64,000 bases of DNA, from contig MU057632.1 in NCBI GenBank assembly GCA_013265495.1, positions 294,054-358,053 on the forward strand. The letters run 5' to 3'. The first letter of the stretch is position 1. Each line of letters opens with the position of its first letter. The position numbers were made by a program, and so were the translations under genes. Under the pieces are notes generated by a model. The model had not been told where the DNA came from. It was given only the letters and a program-made list of their open reading frames with translations, and ran no database searches. Source of the DNA: Vicugna vicugna. Taxonomy: Eukaryota. This document shows, piece after piece, positions 24,815 to 36,520 of this stretch.

Positions 24815-25399
24815 CTTTTACTTTTTTATATATATTTCAAGTTCACCCAAAATTCACTCCTGCAAATTCAGGCCTTTGTAAAAAGCGTATGTCCCAGTTG
24901 GTGCCTATGCCCTGCTCTGCCTTACTAACAATTACACAAATAAATCTCTAAGAGCTGCCCACGTCTACTTGTAACATGAAGGTCTCTCCATGCAGTGGGA
25001 CTAAAATTCAAAGATTAAATATATGTGTAATAGTGCTGGACTTTTAACATTTAAATTGGGATATTTGGGGTTTCTGAAGTGCAATCATATAGTTTTATAA
25101 AATTATTACTTAGTAAGATGGTATACTTCTATTTTTCAATTCTGTTCATTAAAAAATTAAGTTCACAGACAAGTCTCCATAGAAATTCACCTATCTTTAT
25201 CTTTTTAGTTCTTTTATCAGAGACTACACAGTCAAAAACCTGAGAACTAAAGAATGAATTGCAGAATGACCAGCTGGAAAGTGTCTTAAAAGGTAATCTA
25301 ATTTATTCCCTGGCTTCCATCCCAAGTAGCATTTTACTTGTACTTTTGCCTATAAAAACACTTCTTTTCTTCTGCCTGAAATTACAGTTAGTCTCATCC

Positions 25400-25518
25400 T
25401 CACTTGTCTGCTTCAGTATACTGAAATCTCATTGAAGACATTGTGTTTTTAGCTGTTTTTGAATGTCTCCTCATGCTTAGCACATAATTGGTGCTCAAGA
25501 ATTATTTGTTAAGTTAAA
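25400..25518 (+). mobile_element. L2 3' tip
   Basis: 'tgcttagcacataattggtgctcaagaattatttgttaagttaaat'. Confidence 0.55.
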
Positions 25519-25549
25519 TCTAGGAAACATAGGTTTCTATACTGTTTTT

Positions 25550-25765
25550 TTAAATAGCAACATTGATTATACTAGCCCCAACAAGAAACAGGCCCAGATC
25601 CCATCCACAGCAAGATGAGTAAGTTCATTGTGGTACATTCATAAAACAGAATATAGCAACAGAAATGAGTGAACTTGAGCAGCACAATTAATTTTATAAA
25701 CATAAAGTTCATTGAAAGAACCCAGACACAAATGAGAACATAGGTCTATCCTGTTTTTTAAAAGC
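25550..25765 (+). mobile_element. Old L1M(E) 3' fragment
   Basis: 'ttgtggtacattcataaaacagaata..gaaagaacccagacacaaatgagaacata'. Confidence 0.65.
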
Positions 25766-25889
25766 CTCCAGAGAAAATAATCAGAGACATTCCCCCCAAA
25801 AAGTGAAAATGAACTTAAAATGACTTCTTCTGGAGTTGAAGTCCATTACCTCTATTTCTGTCCTTCATAGAACTAAAGAAATTAGCTGA

Positions 25890-26150
25890 TGAGCTAACGT
25901 TGAGGGTTCTAGGGAAGACAGCCTGGATTTGTGTCCTGTACTGATCAATTCCTAGCTATATGAAAATGAGTAAGTCACAGAACTTCTCTAGGACTAGTTT
26001 TCTCATTCCTAAGATGGTGATGACAGTTACCTTCCTCATATGGTTTTCTTAATGATTAACTATGATACAGCTACAAAATATTTAGCACAGTGTCTGAGAT
26101 GTAGTAACACTCATTAAATGTTGGCTATTTTACCATCATTATCATCATCA
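25890..26150 (+). mobile_element. MIR SINE
   Basis: 'agacagcctggatttg..aagtcacagaacttctct..ttttctcatt..ttagcacagtgtctg..cactcattaaatgttggctatt'. Confidence 0.82.
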
Positions 26151-26253
26151 TCCAACTGTATTGCCACAATCAATAGTTTCAAATATAACATTTAATTCCT
26201 TAATTCCTTTCTCTTCCATCAACCTTGAATCAACCCAACTGTCCATTTTTTTT

Positions 26254-26740
26254 TGAAATTGAAAAACCAGGACCTTTATTATTTGTATCATGCTCAGTGC
26301 GGTTAAGAGCCCACTTAATTAGGTGGCTATTTTAAACAAATCTTACAAATTCTACTGCAGTTGTATCAACATTAAACAGTGTCTTAAGTTGTCACTTCCA
26401 ATTTCTCTCCACTAGGTGGAAAAATTCAGACAGGCAGAGTCTTCTTTAAAGTTCTTTTGCGCATCTTGCAACTGCAGTAGGAGCTGTACAGTCTCTTTCA
26501 GATATTTTTGCTGATTGGTTATTTATAAGCTTTTGTATAATAGTGTTATTGAGCATATTTTTTCAAGTGTCCTTGAACTACACTTGTTTTCATATTTATT
26601 GTTCATACTCAAGTGGCTAAGTAATTATTCAGAGAATAATAACCAACAGTGAAAATACGATCTTTTAAAATATGCATTTCTCAGCTATACTAGGTTTTGA
26701 TGAAAGGGAACTCTGGTTCCCTTTAACTCAATGTTAAAAG
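26254..26740 (-). pseudogene. Retro-inserted non-repeat RNA fragment (probable processed 3'UTR retrocopy or orphan transduction); parent unknown
   Basis: Flanked by direct repeat ccaactgtccatttttttt (26235-26253, 26741-26759); AATAAA on the minus strand (tttatt 26275-26280) ~20 nt before the A-run. Confidence 0.6.
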
Positions 26741-26759
26741 CCAACTGTCCATTTTTTTT

Positions 26760-27800
26760 CTGTTCATGCCATACCATTTAACATTTTATTAGAGGTGCTA
26801 GCCAAAGCAATAAGGCAAGAAACTGAGTTGGAAAGGTAGAGAAAAAAGTTGACATGACTGATGGATTTGATAATCTATAAATGAAATCCAAGATGATACG
26901 AAACTATCTATTAAAACTAATTAGGCAATTCAGCAAAGTGGCAGGATATAAGACCAATATATAAAAACCAGTAGTGTTTCTATACAGCAGCAATAGCTAA
27001 ATATAAAATGAAATAGAAAAAAGACACTATGTCAACAAAACATTTAAAGTTTCCAGGCATAAATACAACAAAACATGCATGTGTCTGTGGTATTTGTTAT
27101 TCACAGAAGACCAGAATGAATGGTGAACTAGGTGAAATGACTGAATAGGAAAACACAATGTTATTCAGATAACAGTTCTTTCAACTTTTTCTATAAATTC
27201 TGTTATTTCCAAGCACACCATAAATGGTTTTTTAAAAATTTTTGGAGAGAGGTAGACTAACAAAGTCATTTAATGATCATATAGATGAATAAGGGTCCAA
27301 TATCAGACAAGACTACTAGAAAAAAAAAACAAAGGAAGGGAGAGTTGCTCTTACAGATGTTTTAAATACATAGTAATCAAGAGTATTGGTGGGCACAAGG
27401 ATAGACAAAAAGTAGATTTGTACATAAGAATAGAGAGTGCAGAACAGAGAGCCCTACTGAAATATACCTGGATCTTGTGTCATGAAGAGGCATCACAAAT
27501 CAGCAGGGAAAATAGGAGTATGGACTAATGATGATATTGGGCCAACTGCCTTTGGAAATAAAAACAAAATAAAATCGACTTGCCTTCTCATATCAGACAA
27601 AAATAAACTCCAAATGAATTAAAGACTTAAATGTGAAAAAAGAATTTAACAAATCTTGAAAATGTAGATTCTTCTTCTTACATCACGGCAAGAGAGGAGT
27701 TCTTATATAAGACACAGAGCACTAGATGATAAAAATTGATGAATTCATTATATCAAAACATAAGACTTCTTTACAATGAAAGACATCACAATGCTAAAGG
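26760..27800 (+). mobile_element. Old L1M ORF2 (RT region) fragment
   Basis: 'tttaacattttattagaggtgctagccaaagcaataaggcaagaa' translates FNILLEVLAKAIRQE; 'ttcagcaaagtggcaggatataagaccaat' translates FSKVAGYKTN. Confidence 0.85.
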
Positions 27801-27899
27801 TAAAGTTACACTGGTACTTATTTCACAATCTATTTAGATTTTTTTCTCAATTAAAGTATCTTTAATGTAAACATTCAAATAATATTACTTAAGGAGCCT

Positions 27900-28955
27900 G
27901 AGGGACCAATAAAAATAGTGAACTGGGCAGAGATGTGGGCTCTTTAAATAGATTAACTGTGAGGATGATGAATAATTAAAATTATAAAGGGAAACATTTT
28001 CACTTAAAACAAAACCACTGAAGAATGAATGAAGGAAAATTTGATGGAAAAAAAAGAGTGAAAGAAGGTTCTGCCAAGATGTCTCACACATCATGACTGA
28101 TGAACAAACACAGTGACAGCTTGAGATTTGTTGTGTTCTTTCAAGTAAAGTGGACAAAATAATGTTTGAGGAAAATAATAACTGGTGATGGAATATGTTG
28201 TTTCCAATAAAACCTGGAGATGAATCTTAAAAGTCTGCAGTAAAAACTCCAATGTGGAGAAAAGTGTATTAGCCAAAATCTAAGTGAAATGATTGATGGT
28301 TTATTTGTTATATTAATGACATAATTCATGGAGAATGCGTATCATTGAGTAAAATGCTCAATTAAATATACTGTGATGGAGAAATCAGGATGCATCTGAG
28401 AGATTCTGTGCAAAACAAAACCAAGGGATTAAGGGGCCATGGTGACTTCACTGTGATGATGTCATCACAGCGGACTTTCTGCTAAAGAGTTTTGTGCAAA
28501 TATTGTATTAACTGCTTTAATCACCCACCATATGCATAAAACAAGGTTCTAAATGCTTTCAAGGCTATTTTCTAAACATGAAATCCATTTCTAATGGACA
28601 AAGAATTTTCATTGGTGAAGATCATCAAAGGAAATGTGCTGTAAGATTTACAGGCAATTCCAGAACCAGATTCTCCCAGTATTTTCATTTGGAGGGAGGG
28701 TATAGTTCAGTGGTAGAGCACATGCTTAGCACGCACAAGGTCTTGAGTTCAATCCCCAGTACCTCCCTCACAAATAAATAAATACCTAATTGCCTACCCC
28801 AACCGAAAAAAAAAAACCAACAAATTTTTAAAAAATGACATGATTGGAAGAACTGTAGATGGCATTATTTAAAGAAAATAATATTTGACTATAAGACCTG
28901 CTATGTTTTTTTTCTTTTGAGAAATTTGTCTATTTTGTACAAGTATGATTTTATG
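27900..28955 (+). mobile_element. Decayed mariner (Tc1/mariner DD34D-type) transposase fossil
   Basis: Frame-hopping translation gives in order NRLTVRMM, V(S)AKM, MTDEQTQ, LRKIITGD (D at 28187-28189), INDIIHGECV, W*LHCDD (28440-28460), NHPPY (28519-28533), LFLNMKSISNGQR, QAIPEPD, matching the mariner motif order. Confidence 0.82.
28691..28835 (+). mobile_element. Vic-1-like SINE inserted in the mariner fossil
   Basis: 'gggagggtatagttcagtggtagagcacatgcttagcacgcacaaggtcttgagttcaatccccagtacctcc' plus 'aaataaataaatacctaattgcct' tail. Confidence 0.92.
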
Positions 28956-29004
28956 TTTTTCAGTAAACTTTTAAAGAAAATATTTTAAGAGGGTATATAA
29001 CTTC

Positions 29005-29215
29005 ATGGAGCACATGGGGTATGAATTCAGTGAGGGACTGAATTCATGTTCTGCTCATTGAGTAGTAGTAATGTGAGTCTTAGGGTCTTCACTTGTAACT
29101 GGGGACGAGAAGACTCCAGTGGCTGCGAGGCAGGGCAGTGGTGTGGAGTCCTTGGCACAGTGTCTGGTTGGTGGCAGACACTCAGTAAGAGATACCTTTT
29201 ATGAATACGATGGTT
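29005..29215 (+). mobile_element. Degenerate MIR
   Basis: 'tcttcacttgtaactgggga..cttggcacagtgtctgg..cactcagtaa'. Confidence 0.5.
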
Positions 29216-29474
29216 ATTTTTTTTACATTATTCATTTGACAAGAGGTCTAATAACTTTTTTTTCCTCATTAAATTACTCCACATGCTCTTCTGTTTTGGG
29301 TTTACTTACTTCAGTGGACTGAAGTGAAAATAAATCTCCCTGAAAAATCTCATTGTATGATTACTAAGCCATTTGCAATAAATAGCTATGTTGATGGACC
29401 AGGTAGGTCCCAGAATTATATTTCCCATAGTTTCTATAACACCATCACCCTTCTTAGTTTAAGATATTCAGTAT

Positions 29475-29587
29475 CAGAATATGAAAAAGAATATATGGGT
29501 GCTCATGTATGACTGAAGCATTGTGCTGTTCACTAGAAACTGATACAACATTGTAAACTGACTATATTTCAATAAAAATAAGGAGAT
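29475..29587 (+). mobile_element. Short L1 3' tip
   Basis: L1 terminus; TSD aagatattMagtat at 29461-29474 and 29588-29601. Confidence 0.88.
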
Positions 29588-29865
29588 AAGATATTAAGTA
29601 TGATGATGCTATTTACTTCTTCCAGGTAAATGTATTCACTTAAAAATTTTTTTTTCTAAAACAACAACAAATCAAACCTATATTAGGCTTACCTAACTAA
29701 TTTGGCAAAATTATTGATGAAATTTTGCAGAAAACTGAAACTATGATATTCCTTTATTTTCCTTCTCTGAATATAGCAAAGATGAATTGTGTTTTATATT
29801 ATTAAAATATTTCTCCTACCCAGTTGGAGGAGGCATTCTCATTTGGGTTAAATAACTATGATTTT

Positions 29866-29976
29866 TTAAAATTGCAGTATAGTTGATTTACAATGTTGTG
29901 TTAATTTCATGTATACAGCATAGAGATTCAGTTATATATATTAGATATATATATCTAATATATATATGGATCAATT
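29866..29976 (-). mobile_element. Short L1 3' tip
   Basis: 'attgcagtatagttgatttacaatgttgtg..'; TSD aataacYatgatttt at 29851-29865 and 29977-29991. Confidence 0.88.
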
Positions 29977-31344
29977 AATAACCATGATTTTAATGCTTAA
30001 ATGGTATCATAATTAAGACATTAAGTAACATGTCAGCTGGATTTGGCTTTATTTACATGTAAAATAAGGAGCTTTAATCCAAAGAAAGGTTTTCAGAATC
30101 TATGTATTACTGAGGGTCATGGTTTTTATACAGTCTTCCCTTAACTATCAATATACTTGCTAACTGTCATTAAAGTTCTGTAAAGGGTATACACATATGT
30201 AAATCGGGGAAGCACTTCAAAATACACATGTGTACCTATTAAAATGACTACCTTAGACTGTTTCCGGTGGATGGATCTTAGCTCATCTCACTGTCTAAGA
30301 TTATTTTTAATGTACTGAAAACACTCCTCTTACTGAGATACTTTGGAAATGTAATTAAATACCAAGATCGCTCCTAATATGATTAGGGAGAAAGTACAGC
30401 TAGGCTTTTCTAAGCCAGTTAAAACCATTGTGCCTTCTGCCTTACTCAGCAATAAATCACATCTGATACCTGCAATCAGAAATACCATGTAAGCATTTCT
30501 GTTCTTTTCCTGTCTGTAAAAGGTCAGAGGTTGTATTAGAATAAGATTTCTGATGGGCTCACATGAAGTCTAACTCAGATGGGGCAGACACCTTCTGAAC
30601 TGCTTTATTTAGTGGGATTTGAGGTTGTTTTGCAAAATTGATGATATACTTCAGGAAGGGAATGTCAGGTCTGTGGTGGATATAACATAGAACCATGAAC
30701 TACAATAATTATCTTTAAATTACCTAAGCTGAAGAGCATAATGTCCAAGTTCCAACAAGTTAGTATAACAACAAAAATCCCCACTAAATTTAAGTATCAC
30801 CTTCAATTGTTGTATTTTATTTTAGGTTTAGTAATGTGAGTGCCAGAGAGAAACAATGAATAGAAAAATTATCTGAATATAAACTATCAATAGAGAATGA
30901 AAATTTGATCTCATTGATTCAAAAGAAATTGAAAACTGTTTTAATTCTAGGAAGGTTTAGATGTTGAAAGGAAAGGAGTTTCCTCCTCTAAGCATGTAAG
31001 GGTCTCTGAGAAAAATGTGAGGACTGTCATTTCAGGAGATTTTTAGAACAGAAGAGTCACACATCTCTTTCTGATTTTGTGTTAGTAGGAGAGCTATTTG
31101 TTGAGTCTTCAAGGATGACCTAGGCTCTCCAATATCTGTATGAATAAATGATTGATTCTATAGAAAAATGATTGAATGTAAAATGTGGACACAATTTCAA
31201 GATTTTTTTTTTCAATTTGGTCACAGAATACATAATTTGAGTACTCTCTGGAGATGGCAGTAATGAAGAGCATTTCATTAGGGTTGCTTTGAACGCAGAC
31301 CACACGATTTCTGCACAAATTGGAAACTGAAAAACGTCTCTTGG

Positions 31345-31560
31345 CAAAGCAGCAGAGGCCCTGGTGCTAGGCAGCATGGATTTAAATCTTGACTCTCCCA
31401 ATGACTAACTGTGTGACTTCGGTCTAGTTACTTAACCGCACTGGGCTGTCAAATAGGGGTAATACTGCCTCAGAGAGTTCTTGAGAGTAGTGAGATAATT
31501 CACGCTAAGCTCTTGGGAAAATAGCGAGCACAGAGAACTTAAGAACTATGAGTTATTACA
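31345..31560 (+). mobile_element. MIR SINE
   Basis: 'ggatttaaatcttgactct..actaactgtgtgactt..agttacttaacc..cctcagagagttcttgagag'. Confidence 0.75.
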
Positions 31561-32439
31561 GCTAGTTCAGAGCAGACATCCTCAGCATCTTGTTTTTGCT
31601 GAGACCCAGAAAACATAATGTCCACAGGTGCTATATCCCACCTTGGTCCAATTTCTAAAAAGCAGCCTTTCTTCCTCTCTCAGGATAAATGTCTTGTGGG
31701 GATGCAAATAAACAAGAGGGACATTATCCTCAATATAACTCTGAATCTGTTCTAACTTAAAATAAGAGTAATTTAAAAACTTCAGCTCTTGATGTTACTA
31801 ACAGGTTAATAACAACACATATCACAGTAGATTATGATGCAGTCAGTTCTGCTGAGAACACATTTTTCTAGGAAATCAAGGGAAGGGGGAAGTACTTGGT
31901 AAAACAGAGGTTACAGTTTGGATAAAGCCATTCAATTATTTAAGATCAGTGTCTTTACCACCTGTCCATCCATCCACTTGTCTCTCTATCCATCCATCTG
32001 TCTATCCAACCATTCTTCTATCCATCAAATATTTATAGGAAATCAATGTGGGGTCAAAAATACTGAAGAAACTCTGTCAAGAAGCTTGTATGCTTCCTGG
32101 AGTCTGGGGTTTCTTTGCTTTGCTATTGTTCTTGGTTGAGTTGGTTTTGTTTTCTACTCTTTGGGGCAACCTCTCATTCTGGCAGGAGGACAGAAAGAAT
32201 ACAATGTCTCCTAATAGTCTCAGAGTGAAGTATCTTCCTGAGTTTTCCTGTAGCTTGTTTTCTTCAAAACAGCTGTTTCCTTAAATTCTTATCTCTTAGA
32301 TCACAATATGCAATGCTCTGTTTGAGAAAAACAATCAGAGCTTGCAGGTGTAAGCCTGCCTGATCGCAGATTCTGCTCAGTGGAAAGTATCCTTGGACAG
32401 ACATTCAGAGGAGGAGAAAAGGAAGAGCCATTTTTCTCT

Positions 32440-33162
32440 TTAATTCTTATTTTTTATTGATGTGCAGTCAATTTATAACATTAGTTTCAGATGTACAACA
32501 AAATGATTGAGATATACATGTAGATGCAAATACATATGTATTTCAGATTCTTTTCCATTACAGCTCATTACAAGAAATGGAATATAGTTCCTTGTGCTCT
32601 ACATTAGGTCCTTGTTGTTTACCTATTTTATATACAGTAATGTGTATCTATTAATCCCAAACTCCTAATCTATCCCTTCCCTCCACTTCCCTCCTGGTAA
32701 CAACAGTTTGTTTTCTATGTCTGTGAGTCTACTTCTGGTTTGTAAATAAAATCTGTACTTTTTTTTAGATTTCACATATAAGCAACATCATATGATATTT
32801 GTCTTTCTCTATCTAACTTACTTCACTTAATATGATAATCTCTAGGTCTATCCATGCTGCTGCAAATGGCATTATTTCATTCTTTATAATGGCTAACTAA
32901 TATTCCATTTTATATAAATATACCACAACTTCTTTATCCATTCATCTGTCGATGGACATTTTGGTTGTTTCCACATCCTGGCTATTGTAAATAGTGATGC
33001 TATGAACATTCAGGGGCATGTATCTATTTCTCCAGATTTGTGTTCAGGAGTGGGATTGCTGGATCATATGGTAACTTTGTTTTTAGTTTTTTAAGGAACC
33101 TCTGTAGTGTGTTCCATCGTAGCTGCACCAAACTACATTTCCACCAACAGTATAGCAGGGTT
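32440..33162 (-). mobile_element. L1 3' end, 5'-truncated
   Basis: Antisense L1 3'UTR; imperfect TSD ggaagagScat at ~32421 and ~33164. Confidence 0.92.
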
Positions 33163-34124
33163 TGGAAGAGGCATCTTCAGATACAGAATCAGAGTATATT
33201 CTGTGAAACTTTGGACAGTTTCCTTGATTTTCTTCTAGCTTTTATTAGTGAACTAATAAGGTGGCTTTTGGTTTACATTTAAGTTAAATATTACTCTTTG
33301 TGGATTCATGTGGCAAGTATAATTTAGAATAGTTTTGTTTAATTTTGCTTGTTTCTACTTCAAGGGAGTTATTCTACTCAAAGTAAAATAAATCTTTAAC
33401 TTTAGTGAGGATCTACTTCTTTCATGATTGATTCTGGCACATGTTTATTTATTTCACAGATTAAATGATGAAGAAATTGTCGGCCATATCCTCACAGTAT
33501 TTACTATACATATATACAAACATACTACAAAAAGTGGGATAGAATAGAAAAAGGAAAAAAAAGTTAAGAATCTAACTCTATCTGCTTCCCAGAATTTCCT
33601 ACTAGATTTTGCATAATCAGTAACAGTATGTTACACAGTCAAACAAAATATTAGACATCAACAACAGAAGTGATACATATTTAAATTACCTCTTGTTCCA
33701 AGTGAAAAATAATTTAACTAAGAAATCCTCCTATTGGTGCTGTGGGTTTTGCTAAATTAATGTTAGTTCTTTTCTTGCAAGTGTGTGGTGATGATTAGGA
33801 AGACGGTGGTGGGCTACTTGGAACTCTGCACTTGGCACCGGGGAACCTCACTGACAGTAACTGTTGCTGTGTATGAAGCATCAGGCAGACCAACCCTGGG
33901 CTGAGGTGTGTGAATTCTCAGGGCATCTACTCGGAACTAAAAACCTGTTCTTTTCAAGAATATTGCTCACAAACGGTTAAACCATAAAAGGAAAAAATCA
34001 GCACAAAAGATAACTAAAGCAGCAGAGAAATAGCCGTCATCTTCTTCAGTTGAGTATTTGACTTAAAAAAATCGGTGTATTATATACAGAATAAATTAGT
34101 CGTTAAGATGAAATACACAAGAAA

Positions 34125-34410
34125 TCTGACATAAAAAACAAATGATGGTTACCAAAGGGGAAAGTGAGGGGAGGGATAAATTAGGAGTTTGGGATTAACA
34201 TATACACACTACTATATATAAAATAGATAAACAACAAGGACCTACTGTATAGCACAGGGAACTATATTCAATATCTTGTAATAGCCTATAATGGAAAAGA
34301 ATATATATATGTATAAATGTATAACTGAACCACTTTGCTATATATCTGAAACTAACCCAACATTATAAATCAACTATACTTCAATAAAATTTAAAAAAGC
34401 AAGTAAAAAA
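34125..34410 (+). mobile_element. L1 3' end
   Basis: 'atggttaccaaaggggaaag..gggataaattaggagtttgggattaaca..atacttcaataaaa'. Confidence 0.92.
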
Positions 34411-35334
34411 TAAGAAATATGCATTACTGGATTACTTATATAATGTATAATTTTTTTCTCTGGGTATAAAAATTTCCCCTGGTTACATGTTAACTAAAAG
34501 GGCATTCAAAAATACAGTATTTTCAGGACAATAAAGTTATGATAAATTGGTCTAAAATGAGTGATGGATTTATATATTTGGATGCATTTTAATAAAGAGG
34601 AATTTATTATACTTTTTGCCAAGCTTACAGGGTAGATGAGCGTGGAGAAGCAGGGTTCTCCTGACATTACTGTGGTCACAACAGAAATCCAGTTATCTGA
34701 CTATGTAATGTAATCCTTACACCAGGATTCCAAATTTTAACATTAAAAAAAGTAGTCTAATAAAACAATAACCAGAATGCCAGCAATTCAGAAATAGCTG
34801 CACTTTCCAGAATGAGTATGTGCAGGTGAAATTCTGCTGTGGCAGTTTGATGTTGCGGACTTTTCAAAGGTGTGGTTTTGGTGAGGGAACATTCTTACAT
34901 GCCCTGAAGAGTAAACCATTAAATTCTCAGCCTCTTGAAAGGCTAAGTTCTTTGCACCAAAGTCATCCCTGTTCTCCCCTGACCCTCATCACACCCCTGG
35001 ACTGTTTAACTGTCCGGGAGTCACGGGGAACCCTGGGCCAGCTGAACCTGACCTTGGGTCCCCCTCACCCTGCAGAGAGCATTGGGAAGGATGAATGTCT
35101 TTTACACTCATGACTTGAAAACACCACCCTCTCCATTTTCTTTTTCTTTTTTTTTTTTTAATTTTACATCTTGGAGTGACTGAGTGTCAAAAAGACTGTG
35201 TCACAATGTTCTGTCTTTACACATGCTGTGCTTGTAAAATGTGAGCGAGGGAACCCAGAGAAGAAAAGGTTCTCATATATTTACCTAAAGGAACTGTAAA
35301 AATGGAAAATCTCAGTGCAAAGAAGCCCATATAT

Positions 35335-35665
35335 TATTAGAGTCAAGAGTTTGGAAGGATTGGAAGATACCTAAAGCCCCTGTAATCCAAACACCGACCT
35401 CACAGTCAGGTCACCCACATGCTGCCTGGTCCCCGGCTTCCCCAAGGCTGCTCTCGCTCCAGGTGAGTCCCTTGACCCTCACCACTACGCCAGTCTCCCC
35501 AGGAACTGGGGAGAAAAGGAATTCTGCTTCATCACTGGGGAAGACCCGGCCTTGCTACACATTCTGCTCTGTTGGTGAGCACAAATTCGAACTGGGTATT
35601 TTCTTACATCTCAGACCGAGTCCTGGCTAGAAACTGGCCCTTTACACTGTGTCTTGTGCCTGAAT
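35335..35665 (-). mobile_element. Possible L3/CR1 remnant
   Basis: Weak similarity ('agagtttggaagg..taatccaa', 'tattttcttacat..gaccgag'). Confidence 0.3.
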
Positions 35666-35784
35666 CTCTATTTTTATTATCTTCCTTTGGAAGTGGGGGC
35701 TGTCTCATTCTTCCCAGGACCCTCAGAAACCACTTAGTAATTTTTTTAATTTAAAACTTGTTTTATCCTTTATTTATCTATTTT

Positions 35785-36520
35785 GTTAGTTAACACATCC
35801 TTCACCTCATGTCATTTCTTTTTTGTCATAGTTGTTGTCATGGTGAGAATATGGAGGATTTACTTTCTCTGGAACTTTCCAGGAAACATTATAGTGTCTT
35901 TTAACTACAGTCTTGATGCTGTACATTAGATCCCAGAACTTACTCCTCTACTAACTGGAAGTTTGTGCCATTTGACCAACATGGCCCGATTCCCCAGCCC
36001 CTAGACCTTGGCAACCATGGTTCCAATCCCTGCATCTGTGGGTTCAGCCTTTTCAGACTCTGCATATAATTAGTATCACTCAGTATTTGTCTTTCTCTGT
36101 CTGGCTTATTTCACTTAATATAATGCCCTCAAGGTCCAGTTGCAGATGGCAGAATCTCCTTCCTTTTTATGGCTGAGTAATACTCCATTGTATATGTTTA
36201 CCATATCTGTTCTATCCATTCATTTGTTGATAAATATTTAGGTTGTTTTCATGTCTTGGTTATTGTGAATAATGAATACCTGTGGGAAGACAATATTTAG
36301 GTTGTTTTCATGTCTTGGTTATTGTGAATAATGAATACCTGTGGGAAGACAAATATTGCTTCAAGATCTTGATTTCATTTCCTTGGGATATAAGCCCAGA
36401 ACTGAGATGTTTGGATTGTTTGGTAGTTCCATTTTTAATTTCATCAGGAACCTTCATGCTGTTTCCCACAGTGGTTGTACCAGTACAAGGGTTCCCTTTG
36501 CTCCACATCCTCACTGGCAT
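35785..36520 (-). mobile_element. L1MA-type 3' end
   Basis: 'atgctgtacattagatcccagaacttact..taactggaagtttgtgcc.tttgaccaacat', 'cagtatttgtctttctctgtctggcttatttcactta'. Confidence 0.88.
36233..36350. repeat. Perfect 59-bp tandem duplication
   Basis: 36233-36291 is identical to 36292-36350. Confidence 0.92.

Noticed and set aside
28451..28470. Near-palindrome ctgtgatga-tg-tcatcacag
   Set aside because: Lies on the decayed HHDNA codons of the mariner fossil; most likely coincidental.
35458..35468. Strong splice donor CAG|gtgagt
   Set aside because: No convincing upstream acceptor or frame, and it lies in a probable old repeat remnant.
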